Below the pieces are notes generated by a model that was given only the letters and a program-made list of their open reading frames with translations, was not told where the DNA came from and ran no database searches. Of a DNA stretch of 64,000 bases, positions 48,399 through 61,888 are shown in pieces. A program made the translations under genes and the position numbers. Position 1 is the stretch's first letter. Each line of letters begins with the position of its first letter. The stretch lies in the NCBI GenBank assembly GCA_964188305.1, contig OZ076901.1. One strand, written 5' to 3'. The DNA comes from Podarcis bocagei. Taxonomy: Eukaryota.

Positions 48399-49542
48399 GT
48401 GTTTACCAGTTTAATTAACATGAAAATATATAGTTTCCATCCTACAGTACAGCGGCAAGCAGCAATCCTATTGTGGTGGGAACTCCCTAGGGGCAGACAA
48501 GAGCCTGTGCCATTGAGGCGACATAATCCAGTTTATTCCTTTTACGGTATATTGCCTTCCTTTCTGTTAAGCTCCCTGTTATTCTGCCGATGTGGCAGGT
48601 TTCAAGCCATCTCAGCAACGTCAGTCACAGTACATGCTTCTACGCAGCCCATCCGCCACAAAGTCTGATCACAGCACCACTTGTAATCATCCTGACAAGA
48701 AAAATCCAACTCCAGCCGTAACACACGACATGGTTTTGGTCTGCCTTGCTCAGAAAGGTGTTCAGGCACTGATGTCTGTCGGATGCCCCTGCTCAGCAGA
48801 AAAACAGGGGGACACTGGGAGGGTGGAGTGGGCTGCCACAATGCAACACAATGCAGAAAATCCTGCATTGGATTTTCTGGAAAACCCTGAAGGACAGGAC
48901 AGTGAAAAACTGTGCTGCAATGGGATGAGGGTACCTTTGATTACTTGCATCAGCCTGCGGCGTTGGTCAAAGGAGACATATTGAAAGAGCTTCAGAGTTG
49001 CCAGTCAGCTTCTTGGCTCTGTTCAAGGGGGTTGGTTTAACAGTTAAAGCTCTCTAAGCAGCCTGGCCCCAAGGCATTCTGTGGGGTTTTCCCCCCTTTA
49101 TGAGCCACCACAATGTGGTGTGGTCACCATATGGAGAAACTCAGCTATGAACTCCTAATGGAGGTTTAACTCATCTGTGTTTGGAACAGGGCCTTGTCTG
49201 TGGTGGCACCTTCCCTGCAGAACACCCTCCCTGGTGTTCTGCAGGAAAGCGCATCAGCTTCAGTCTATAGAAGCCTTCAAGAAATTGGTTAAACCATTCC
49301 TTTTCTACCGGACTTTTGTCAATGAGTTACCTATCACTCCAAAGTTGGATTAATTACAAGTGCGGAGGTTGCTTTCTAGAATTTTGTTTTAGAAATACGT
49401 TTTATCCAGCTGTTGCATTATCATTACACATGGAAATTGAGGGTTTTTTAAATGAATAATGTGTTATGGTGCATGTTGCGATAAAACTCTAACAGCTGAA
49501 TAGCTGGGTAAACCTTTAAAATAAATGTATTTTTAAAAATTA

Positions 49543-49711
49543 CCGTATTTTTTGCACCATAACATTCACTTTTTTCCTCCTAGAAAGTAAGGGGAAATGT
49601 CTGTGCATGTGATGAAGGGAATGCCTACCGGTGGCATGCCTACGGATTTTCCTCCTCTAAAAACTACGTGCGTGTTATGGTCGGGTGCGTGTTACAGAGC
49701 GAAAAATACGG
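49543..49711. mobile_element. Tc1/mariner (Tc2-like) MITE
   Basis: TA TSD and CCGTATTTTT TIRs. Confidence 0.85.
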
Positions 49712-49797
49712 TAAATCCAACGGAATTTAATTCTGTTGCAATTGCAAGCATACTTTACTAGAGAATAAGTTCCACTGAAATTCAATATGACCTACTA

Positions 49798-51047
49798 TGA
49801 TCACCAATAGTCAGCATGGATTTCTGAAAAATAAGTCATGTCAGACTAACCTGATCTCGTTTTTTGACAGAATTACAAGCCTGGTAGATGAAGGGAACGC
49901 AGTGGATGTAGCCTACCTTGATTTCAGCAAGGCATTCGACAAGGTGCCCCATGATATTCTTGTAAAGAAGCTGGTAAAATGCGGTCTTGACTATGCTACC
50001 ACTCAGTGGATTTGTAACTGGCTGACTGACCGAACCCAAAGGGTGCTCATCAATGGTTCCTCTTCATCCTGGAGAAGAGTGACTAGTGGGGTGCCACAGG
50101 CTTCTGTCTTAGGCCCGGTCTTATTCAACATCTTTATCAATGACTTGGATGATGGACTCAAGGGCATCCTGATCAAATTTGCAGATGACACCAAACTGGG
50201 AGGGGTGGCTAACACCCCAGAGGACAGGGTCACACTTCAAAACGACCTTGACAGATTAGAGAACTGGGCCAAAACAAACAAGATGAATTTTAACAGGGAG
50301 AAATGTAAAGTATTGCACTTGGGCAAAAAAAATGAGAGGCACCAATACAAGATGGGTGACACCTGGCTTGATAGCAGTACATGTGAAAAGGATCTAGGAG
50401 TCTTGGTTGACCACAAACTTGACATGAGCCAACAGTGTGACGCGGCAGCTAAAAAAGCCAATGCAATTCTGGGCTGCATCAATAGGAGTATGGCATCTAG
50501 ATCAAGGGAAGTAATAGTGCCACTGTATTCTGCTCTGGTCAGACCTCACCTGGAGTACTGTGTCCAGTTCTGGGCACCACAGTTCAAGAAGGACACTGAC
50601 AAACTGGAACCAAAATGGTCAAAGGCCTGGAAACGATGCCTTATGAGGAACGGCTAAGGGAGCTGGGCATGTTTAGCCTGGAGAAGAGGAGGTTAAGGGG
50701 TGATATGATAGCCATGTTCAAATATATAAAAGGATGTCATACAGAGGAGGGAGAAAGGTTGTTTTCTGCTGCTCCAGAGAAGCGGACACGGAGCAATGGA
50801 TCCAAACTACAAGAAAGAAGATTCCACCTAAACATTAGGAAGAACTTCCTGACAGTAAGAGCTGTTCGACAGTGGAATTTGCTGCCAAGGAGTGTGGTGG
50901 AGTCTCCTTCTTTGGAGGTCTTTAAGCAGAGGCTTGACAACCATATGTCAGGAGTGCTCTGATGGTGTTTCCTGCTTGGCAGGGGGTTGGACTCGATGGC
51001 CCTTGTGGTCTCTTCCAACTCTATGATTCTATGATTCTATGATTCTA
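49798..51047 (+). mobile_element. 5'-truncated CR1 LINE (ORF2 RT region + 3' UTR)
   Basis: [43 protein letters not shown]; (TTCTATGA)n tail; one frameshift near 50610. Confidence 0.95.
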
Positions 51048-51457
51048 CTTCTGGGGGAAAAACATTTGTGTAGGACCATGCTACACAAGCTACTGAAATC
51101 AGTTATACATTTAAGAAAAACACTTAATGTTTTTGGCCCATGGATTTCAACAGGGCTTTGGGGTGTTAATCTGTGTTGTACCCATTGCGTGGGGAAAGAA
51201 GTTCAGTTTTTAATATTAACAATTTATTTCCAAAAGCGTCCACACAAACATTTTAAACTGCAAACTTCCCAGCCTCCCATCTCTTGCTCTCCGCTTCACC
51301 CAGCATCTTCTGCATCTGTTTGCAAAGTGGGTATACGTTACAGATTAGCTCCACTTAAAACCACTGCACCAATAGTAGACCTATCAGACATATTAACACT
51401 AAGATCTCAGCATCATAGGGTGCCTCCAGACTATCATTCAGGCAGCTATCATAAGTT

Positions 51458-51977
51458 TTGTTGTTGCTGTTTAGTCATTTAGTCGTGTCCGACTCTTCGT
51501 GACCCCATGGACCAGAGCACGCCAGGCACTCCTGTCTTCCGCTGCCTCCCGCAGTTTGGTCAAACTCATGCTGGTAGCTTCGAGAACACTGTCCAACCAT
51601 CTCGTCCTCTGTCGTCCCCTTCTCCTTGTGCCCTCCATCTTTCCCAACATCAGGGTCTTTTCCAGGGAGTCTTCTCTTCTCATGAGGTGGCCAAAGTATT
51701 GGAGTCTCAGCTTCACGATCTGTCCTTCCAGTGAGCACTCAGGGCTGATTTCCTTCAGAATGGATAGGTTTGATCTTCTTGCAGTCCATGGGACTCTCAA
51801 GAGTCTCCTCCAGCACCATAATTCAAAAGCATCAATTCTTCAGCGATCAGCCTCCTTTATGGTCCAGCTTTCACTTCCATACATCACTACTGGGAAAACC
51901 ATAGTTTTTACTATACGGACCTTTGTTGACAAGGTGATGTCTCTACTTTTTAAGATGCTGTCTAGGTTTGTCATTGC
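51458..51977 (-). mobile_element. 5'-truncated RTE-BovB LINE 3' end
   Basis: RVPWTARRSNLSILKEISPECSLEG...LEKTLMLGK...VHGVTKSRTRL peptide; (CAA)n tail. Confidence 0.93.
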
Positions 51978-54900
51978 TAGGTTTGCACAATTGAAGGGCT
52001 CTGCCCTCCTAGTACAACAAATCTGCTAAAAATTGATTTTTTTTGCAGTTAGAAAAATAAAGAGGGGATGCATTAAAAAGTGTGGGATGAACAAATGATC
52101 AACAGGAAGATGTGTGAACACACTTCAAGCGAAACACGATGAATGCTCATTGACATATATCCTCCCTGCAAACAGATCAGAGTGAATGCTCAATAAAGAC
52201 TGGACAATGTCTAACGACTACATAAGCTTTGGGCAAGCAAATCAGGATAGATGCTCAAATAAATAGGTTGCCTGGAGGAGGAGCTCCCTCCCATAATAGC
52301 TCTGACTTGCATTATCTTTGATTAGGCCCAGAAATTTTAACATTTCATTTTTTTGCCAATCACTTCAAAACCTTTGCGACTGTCTGCCTTGAGAGTCCCT
52401 TTCAAAGGGAGATGAGTTCCTGCTACTATCAAACAGTGATGCTGCTCTCCAAAACAGAAGCAAATGGTGTTGCAGTTGCTGCAGACTCTCATTTAATTAA
52501 CAATTTCAATAATCTTTCCCCTTCAGAGCATCAGACTTTCCTGCAGCAGTTTCAGGCGTATTATGTGTCTAGAACTCTCTCCGCACTTACGACTTTCCTG
52601 CAAGATTCCACAGAGATTTCATTTTCCTACAAAATGAAAAATCCCCAGCAGCCTGTCATTCCTGGCAGCTGAGATGAACAGGCAACAGAAATGAAAAGGC
52701 ATTAAAATTTAATGGCTAAATAGTGGCAGAGTGGCATTAAATGCGCAGAAATGGGAAAACCACGAGGCACTGGACAACCATGAAAATTCTGAACTGTCAA
52801 AATGAAAAGCATTTGGTTTGATCACTTCCTTACATCGTAACTGCCCTGCGCATCTTCAATGAACCGTTATGTTAATACAGCAGAAAGTGTTATATACAGA
52901 GTCCTAATCTAGAGTCAAAAAAATAAGAATAGTTGCACCTTTGTTTAAAAACAACAACCACCATGTTAATAAATGCACCTTGCACTTCACAAGTCTAGAA
53001 GTCCTTCTGCATATCTCAGGGAATCATATTGCTCCCAATCCAATCTTGGTCCAAGAACAAGAGGGAACTCCAGAACCAATCCATTCTATTGTGTGTGTGG
53101 CTTGGCTTGATTTCGTCAAGCTGCTCAAGAGGCAAACTTTGTTGTTAAGGTACATCTACCACAGATAGAAAGCTGGTGTTTTGTATATGTTTACTCAGGG
53201 ACTCCCTAATTTGAATTTTTTTTAAAAGCATCTGAAGATGGGACATTTATTCCCCAATTTCCAAAGTTTCTCCCAGAGTTTCAGATCTATATTGTGTCCT
53301 ATATCTATTGCCCAGAGCTTGAACAAGCTCACCTTTTGTTTCCCATTTTAATTAAAAATATATACATTTTAGACAGAAGTTTATCCTTATTTCGTAAGAG
53401 TTCTTTTTCAAATTTTGAGCTTTGGTCCAGAAATCCATTCTTTCTGTGTAATTTAAATATGTCGTATATCTGGTGATATTGCAACCAATCCATAACTTGG
53501 CTCCTTAAGTTTTCCACTGATTTTAGTTTGGGTCCCCCCCGCCCCCTGAAAAATCCAGCAATTCCCTGTACAGTAAGCCATTCAAGAGGCAGACTTTGTG
53601 CCCCAGGTCTCAGGTGAAAGGCAATATATGAAAACTTTTTGTTATGGAGCAGCAAAACAAATAGCATAAATAAAAATTATAAATAAACGTCCAAACAAAA
53701 TATCATGAAAATTATGCACAGTTTTGGTTTCATCAGAATTCATCAGGCTAGACGGCAAACAAAGCAGGCCGGTTGTAAGGATGGATACAGGTTTTTGAGC
53801 AGAAGTTCCACTCTGTTTTGACCCTGCATGGAAATCAGAGCTAACTGAGAATAGGGTGGGGAAAGAACACCTATAAAACCCATTTGCAGTTATTAACCAC
53901 AATCAGAAACATTATAATGATGTCTGGATACAACTGCAGGCAATGAAGCCAAACTCAGCTCTTGTTCTTTCTCTAGAGAAAATTACTTCACGGGACTAAT
54001 TACTAGCTTCCATCTTTAAAGACTAAAACTTTACCCACCATTATTTTTATTTAGGGAATATGAATTCCCCTTACTTCCACAGCTGGTTATCAAGACCCAG
54101 CAATCACCTTAGGCCAATATTCTAAGGCTGTAGACTGCCAACTACTTCAAGTGAACCAAGGAATTGCTTCCTATATTATGCTTTTACCTGCTGAAGAGCT
54201 TCTAGGGTTTTTTTTTTCTTTACAGTGCTTAGCTGCACCAGCTATTTCCTTCAGGCCAATGCCAAGTTGAGGCATCCAAAACACATACACATTACAACCT
54301 AAAAGCTCCCCAAAATACACAGAATCTGCAGCGCCAACCCATAAATCTATGTAATTGCAGTGTGGTGTGGAACGATCATCATGAAAATTACACAGAGGGA
54401 ACAGGTGAAGCTCTCCTGGTGGTCTCTGCATTTTCAGTGGTGGCTCCATGTCTGCCAAATGCCCTCTCCACAAAAATGTGTCTTGCTCAAACTTGGAATC
54501 CATTTAGGTGCCAGGTAAAAGCTCACCTTTTTCTGTCAAGACTTTTAAAGGCCAGTGGGTTAAGTTATTTTTAGATTATGGTTCTGCCAATCTGTTACTT
54601 ATGTATTTTATGAGTAATTTTTTCAGTGTTTTCTGCTTATCATGCATTATGTGTTACATGGCCTCATTTCGTTGTAAATTGCTGTGTACTCATTTTTGAT
54701 GAAGGGCTGTATAGAAAGACAGAAATAATTTAGCAACACACACACTTGTCTTTGCCCCAAACTGCTCAACCTCAAGCCTCTTTCCTTACTATGTCACACA
54801 TTAAACTTTGTATCCTGCAATCTGATGTCCTGGGTTCGAACACTTCTGCCTTTTTTGCAGACTCTGCTTTCACGTTCACCTGTCATCAGACTGCAAGATC

Positions 54901-57240
54901 TTATCGACCACTGCAAAGGTTATTCTCTAAGAAACAAGTATCCACACCCCAGAACAAACCTCCACTTTCATCAGTCTTGCCTCCACTATTTACTTGTGAG
55001 ACCCACACCTCTCCATCCTCCTCCTATCTAACTGATGTACTGTACATTATAAACTCCTTTGGTCGGGGACGACATCACTGCTCTGTCCTGCACATCACAC
55101 AGCCTGGCATGGGACAAATATTAAACAATAATAGCAATCGAAAAAGCAGAATGATGGCACTGGACTGTCACTGAGAAAATTATCATTGCATGATCATATC
55201 CTGGCACAGAGAGCATCTTCCTGCGGCTTGCTTAAATACTTTCCCCACCAGCCGCTCACCATATCCACCTGTGTCCTTCCGATGGAGCGCAAAACTCCCT
55301 GTGGTCTCATTACATTGCTTCTTGTGACATGGCTAAGCAGCCCTGCTCCAGCTCAGACATTTCCAAACAGCACAGTATTTAACAATTCCCTGAAGGTTCC
55401 CCCCCTTTTGTCACTTTCTGATCATATAACGCTCAGTGTTATAATTCAGGAGAGGTAAGGGCAAAAGGTGCTTTAAAAAAAATAAAAAATCCCCACTTTC
55501 CCTCGCCTGGCATCTTCTGAGTCCTCAAAGATTTACTTCATTATCTGCTACTGTTAATAGCTCTAGGATCACTCTGAGCTTTGGCCAATGGCCAAACTGG
55601 AGCAAAGAAGCGCTAACCCCCAAAGCAAAGTCCAAATTTCTCCCTGTATCTTTCTCAGTGCAGGAGTTACTATACAAGGCACCGATTGGTGGGATTGTCG
55701 TGGGGTTAGGCATAATCCTATTTATATTAACACGGCTTTGCGTTCCAAAAGAGTGCCTGCTTTACCTTAGCTCCACAGATGGGAAAGTAGCTGCTCTGTT
55801 CAGGTACAATCTCTCAGGCAGTATTCCTTCCTCATATTAAACCTGTTGGATGTACGTGTCCTTCACATACTTTTAAGGTCAACATAGATGTTTCTAAAAG
55901 AAAGGAATTGGGGAATCTCCTGCTGCACCTTCAGCGGCTGAATCACAGCGGACCATTCTTGCAGCCAACAAAAGGTCTGCAACCATTTATGGCACCTGTA
56001 CAATGCAACTACACTTGTATCGTTGCTATTTTAAACCCTCAAGTTGAAACAGCAGGTCAGACTTAGACTGTGCCTGGACTAGTTTTTCACATGATCTAAC
56101 ACAGACAGAGAGACAGGTTCTGAACCACTTGCTGTGAATTGCTGCCGTTTTATTTTTTCCTGCTTAATAGGTGTACGTAGACAATAGTGAGAATTCACCA
56201 GTGTAGGGGGATGGCGGAATGACTTTAAATAGGCCCCGACAGTTAAAGAGGAGAAGTGCGAATATCATTTATCTGAAGCAATTCTCCAGTGCACTGATAC
56301 ACAGCACTCATCTTGATGCAGCACCAGTGGACTGATAACGACACAGACTTAAGATAGGTGGGGAAAGAGAATTCTCACCAGCAAGGTTAAAGCCTGTTTT
56401 ATTTCATATTTCTAATGGCAGGTGCTTCCCTTAGCAATTCTGCAGAATTCAAAAAAAATGTTTTAGATGAAAATACATAAAAAGCATGGCTTCTCCTAGT
56501 CAACTTGATTCTAAGGAATTTTTGAACCCCCTTACCGCTTTTGCATGCACGTTTTCTCTTATGAATTAATTTAAGAAAATGCTTTTCAGAAACTTGAAAT
56601 CACCTATGTAAAGCCAAATATTGCAGGTACTGTGATTCCTGTGGCAAGAATGATGATGAGATGCAAATCTGGCATTTATGGATGGTCCAGACCACCATAT
56701 TGATAAAAGAAGCAGAAAAACAAAAGGCTGGATCATCCAGGGCAGTTGTGAATTAGGGTTTGTTTGTCCTTGGTCACGTTGCTCAGTCAAAAGTAGCACA
56801 TCTGCTTTATGGCTGGGAGGGCGACTGTGTGCAGAACTGGTGAGGGCACGATGAGGCATGATTCCATCTTGCCCTTGCCTGTCCCTTTAAGATACACAAG
56901 TTATCCATCACCTCCAAGCAGAGAGGTCACCCCTCCAATCCACAAGCTGAGGACAGGCTGTTATATGGTAGGAAAATTAGGACAAATTAGACAATATTTT
57001 ACATTCTCACTGCCTCATTTTCCAGCTTCCCAAAGATGTTAAGTACATGGCTGTTCTGCAATTCATTGTGCCAAGGAACTTGTCACTAAAAGCTATCTGA
57101 ACACAAGAGACCATAAATATCATTATGTATTCCTTTGTTCCCTCTTGATCCCGCATCCTGAAACCAACAAAAGGAATTATCAAGACCTGAGTTGGCCAAT
57201 GAGAGTGATTGACCAATGTGAGTTTCACCAAATGTAGGAC

Positions 57241-57578
57241 CAGGGGTGAAGGAAGGGGGGTGCGGTGGGGGCGATCCGCCCCGGGTGTCACCACCGAGGG
57301 GAGTGACAAAATGGCTGGCAGCACTGACCACGGGCCCTGCAGCACAACCGAGTCACACATCTCTCCTGGGAGTGATGCAGTGGCTTGGGTGCCCACAGGC
57401 TCCGCGCTGCCCCAAACTGTCTGCCCGCCGCCTGCCCCTCAGCTGTAGGGCGGATAAGTTGGAGGAGGCAGGCAGACTCCTCGGAGGCCCCACGGAGTGT
57501 CCTGCCCTGGCTCGCCTCGCCTCTGGGCACAGGGCACGCGCGCCACCCCGGGCACCCAATCGGCTTGCTGCGCAGCTG
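57241..57578. mobile_element. GC-rich non-autonomous hAT-type element
   Basis: CAG...CTG ends with perfect 8-bp TSD TGTAGGAC (57233-57240 and 57579-57586). Confidence 0.75.
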
Positions 57579-60500
57579 TGTAGGACTAGTTAGACCAATA
57601 TTCTGGTTTAGTGTTTTATTTTCATTTTGATTTTGCATTGCTCTTTTTCATTTATCAATTCCTCTTGAATAAACTGGATTTCTGGGCTGTACTGGCACCT
57701 GAACACATTCCTTGAGGACACTTCACTTCTAAAGCAAGAATTGCTTTTTTCTGGTCTTAAGCATCAGGACATATTACACAACAAACGCAGGTGAAGCTTA
57801 AGGAGAAAGCCACATTTCCCAACATCCATCAACATTTATTCCTCGCCAGATATAATGCAGATCAAAAGGAAAATGCCAAGAAGGAAAGACAAATTTTATG
57901 CCAACAACCCCTGTGAATTCCATAACTAGAAAGTTCAATTCTATTTAAGCATGATGACTGAAGAATGAATTAACTAAATGCGCACATTTTACATTATGGT
58001 TATAATTTTTCTTTTCTCTTTCTAGCAGAATAAGGATCTATGAGCCACTGCCTCTGTTCCTCCATAGTTCCTTCCTATGGAGGGTGTATGTTGTTATTGT
58101 TTCAGTGTTCACATAGCACTCAGGGCTCTGCAGGCCAAACAGTGAAGCAAGGAACGAAGCTCAAGGCATTAATTGCATCAGGACATAATGTGGGTAAGGC
58201 CTTGCATAATTTCTAAGCTCCTAGACATTATCTTAATTAGATGATCTCAGTAATCTCCTGGCCAGAGCTTGGTCAGTTTACATTCTTGTTGTTTTTCAAA
58301 GCAATGAAGTGGGGTGGGGAAGATTTTTACAAAAGCATGATTGGAGGTATGGAGAAGAGAGATTGTGATTAATTCCAAGCATCCATCTGGAATAACCTAA
58401 GCATCACCGGGGAGGGGGGATTCTATTTTTTCTTCTGATGTGCTAGAAAATGAAGGGTTTGTTCCCTAAAGGTCAACTCCCTTGGACACCAGTAGATGTG
58501 GTCAGTTGGATATAGTTAAAATGGGTAGAATACAAAGCACAGATTACTTATTAAAGGAATCTGTTCCCCAAAGCTGGTCACCACTACAGTGGGCAGCCTG
58601 GAGACTTGGACAAGGTGCTAAGTCCGAATTTCAGTTCCTGCCTATATTTCTGACAAGACCAAGACAGTCAGAAAGGCTGCATTGAGACCCAGAGGTCTGA
58701 AGCTAATCCATCTCAGACGTTCTCCCCATTCAGTGATTTTTCCTGCACTGCTTGTGCCTGACCACCTTGAGCTCAGCAGTGCCTAGCAACAGGTTCTGCA
58801 AGTTTAAAAATAGCGGTAACATTTTCCTCCTGATTTTAAGGCTGTTTCCAAGGAGAGGCAATCAGGGACGAGTCTAAGGAGGTATGACTGTCAAAATCAG
58901 GGTTTAACCACTTTGAATCCGTAAAGAACAATATGAACTGCGGTTTTGCATGAAGCCCAGCAAGTTGTCCACCTCCTTCACTTCAGAAGGCCAGGCAAAT
59001 TCCAAGGCACAAGGGATGCATCAACTGGTCCTTAAGAGTCATGTTTTCCTGAATACAGATCATGAGCTCCAAATGATCACTGGAAATATTGTCTGTCTCT
59101 CCGCACTGGCAGGTCTACAAACTGTTTCTAACCCCATCAATCTGCAACAACCACCGTTGCCCTTCCTGTCCTCCAAAATTACATCCTACCATCCCCTCTC
59201 AACCCAACAAGCCTCAGTGATTTTCCCCAGCACTTGTATTCAAAGGTGGGAGATCATTATGACGATGATTATCTTCACCTTTTCAAGGAGAAAGAATATT
59301 TCCAATGCCTGCCTCCTTGGAGCAAGTGCTTCTTTATCAGAAATCTCAGCTGGTTCTGCCATATCAAACAAATCAAGGGCCATCATTCAAACATATCTCT
59401 GTGCAACATCATCCGGTGTTTCGGAAAAGAAAATTACTCCCCCCTCTTTTTTCATTTGGGGCCAAGTCATGCTCATGATAAATGGAACCAGCAGCTTAAT
59501 AATGCAGTCGTCTTCCCACTCCTGACAACTCACTTTCAGAGTGAGGGAACTGTAGCATCATCAGTGGGTATTTCCAGATAGTCACTATTTTCTTCCTGCT
59601 AATCATTCATTTATCCTACAATGCATTCATTCTTCTTTTCAATGCATTTTCCCATCACTTTCCAAAGCTGCAAAAAAGTCTTTCTTTTCCCCAAGTGGAT
59701 CTGGTGTGCTAGGACAGCAGACTGCCTTAATCCACTTAATTGCACAAGGCTAAATTTCCAGAATATACTTGAATCCCTCCTGCAAAATATTGAATCTGGA
59801 GACAACTGACACTATGGAAAGCCTCTGTTGAGCCCAGATATCAAAATCAAGTCTCATAGCAGCCTTCCCTAACTTGGTGCCCTCCTGGTGTTTTGGACTA
59901 CAACTCCCATCAGCCCTAGCCTGTGTCAACTGAGGCTGAAAGGAGTTGCAGTACAAAACATCTGGAGCACACCAAGTTGGGGAAGATTGTCTTATAACTA
60001 AGAAACACAGTTCACCCAATTAAGTGTCTTCACAGTGCCTTTGATTTGTTTTGGGGGTTGTAATTTTTGAAGAAAACCGCAAATGCTGAACCACACTCAC
60101 GTTCCTGCTAAGTTTCTTCACCGTGCAACCTGCCACTTATACCAGCCCTGCAATATCTTGCCTCCATCCTGCTGGAAGGCTGAATTATTAAAGTGCCGAA
60201 AAGTGTGGAGAGCATCCTTTAGAAATAGCGGGAAATCAGTCTAACTGCAGAACATAATCCGCTAATGAATGAAGGGCTAGGGGCTGTGCAATCGCCTCAA
60301 GGGGCCTTCCAGCTTTTAAACTGCAGCCACTCTGATTTAAATGAGACACACCGTATCTTATCCAGGAACTGAAGGTTCATTTAGCCTAAGGATGCTCCCC
60401 TGAACCCTGATTCAAGGATTACGTTAGCGACCAGGGGTCAAACGACATATGAAGCATCCCTTTTTGAAAAGGGTACGTTTAACACTGGCACTCTTATTTT

Positions 60501-61650
60501 AAAGGAAAAACATCTGTTCCTAGTGAAGAGAAGTCAACAGCAGTTTCTTCTCCCTTACCCTGTCATGTACAGAAGGGAAGACCACACACACACACACAAC
60601 GCTAGGAATCCTCCTGGAGCCTATCGACCCCAGCAGCACACCCCCTTTTGGTCTCTGCCTCTTCTGGGGGAAGCATGCAAAAAAAAGTAAGCAGTGGCTG
60701 TTCTTGTCTCTACTCTCTTGCTCACCCCCATGGCAGCAGACTGGGTCCATGATGCTACTGAGACAGCAATCTCAAACAGCCACATCTGCCTCCTCATTCA
60801 TCTTCTGAAAGGAATCACAGAGTGGAAATTTTGTCCAGAGAGAGAGAAAGAGGAAGAGCGAGCAGCTTGCAGATTCGCCATAAGCAGCTATGGGCACAAT
60901 CCTCCCAACCACTATGCCCACGAAACATGGGCATGAGAAAGGAAGTGGGAACAGCACATTTCCACACCCTGCTCAGCAGCAGTGGTAGAGATAAGAAGAG
61001 GAAGCATCACTGGAGAAGATTCCATGGGGCTTCCCAGCCAGAGGGGCCTTCCTGCTCTCTTCTCCATCTTCTTATACAGAGCTGATGGAGAGAAAGATTG
61101 CTATTTATTGTTTCATTGCTTTTCTGTACTACCAACTGCTCTGCTGATTATATGCTTTTCCCTCAAATTAAAAGTGGCAATGTTAATGCGCAATGGAACC
61201 CCTGCAAAAACAGGTTTCGATTGGTGCAGAACTGGCCCTGCACAAATGAAGGCAGTAAGGCCCTCTTTCTGGGTCACACTCATTCCCTGTGTTAATGGGT
61301 CTGGGTGAGTGCTCACAGCCAGCAAAAAATGAGGCAGGAGAGACCAGCAGAAACAAAACCACCTGACAAATCCAGATCCCAAAATGCCAACCACAGAAGC
61401 AGTGCTGTGATCTTGAAACAAGGCGTGTATTACTGTAAAAGCAGTAGGGAGATTGAGAGCCAAATGTTCGTGTGTGTGCACGCGCACACAGCCCTCTATA
61501 TTTGCATTTAAGAACTTTTTAATTCATCTTCATGAATATTAACACTTACAAAGTGTCTAAAATGTTCTAAGCTCTGTACAGATGTTAGAAGGTAAGTCCC
61601 CGCCACAATCTTCTTCCTAGGGGGCAGAGGAGCACCCTCCTTCCTATGTA

Positions 61651-61888
61651 CCGTATTTTTTGCTCTATAAGACTCACTTTTTCCCTCCTAAAAATGTGTG
61701 CGTGTGTTATGGAGTGAATGCAGGCTGCACAGCTATCCCAGAAGCCAGAACAGCAAGAGGGACCGCTGTGCAGCGATCCCTCTTGTTGTTCTGGCTTCTG
61801 AGATTCAGAATATTTTTTTCTTGTTTTCCTCCTCCAAAAACTAGGTGCGTCTTATGGTCTGGTGCATCTTATAGAGCAAAAAATACGG
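61651..61888. mobile_element. Tc1/mariner (Tc2-like) MITE
   Basis: TA TSD and CCGTATTTTT TIRs. Confidence 0.85.

Noticed and set aside
57241-57578. CpG-rich patch as the DIXDC1 long-isoform promoter
   Set aside because: Bounded by a perfect 8-bp TSD, so better explained as a hAT-type insertion
58950-59525. 191-aa ORF
   Set aside because: No recognisable domain or splice context
59765-59805. Minus-strand peptide FNILQEGFK resembling the end of mammalian DIXDC1 exon 1 (LDVLQEGFNE as recalled)
   Set aside because: No matching upstream MLACL-like residues and no phase-0 GT donor to join exon 2. Probably chance; a TBLASTN with sauropsid exon 1 would settle it.
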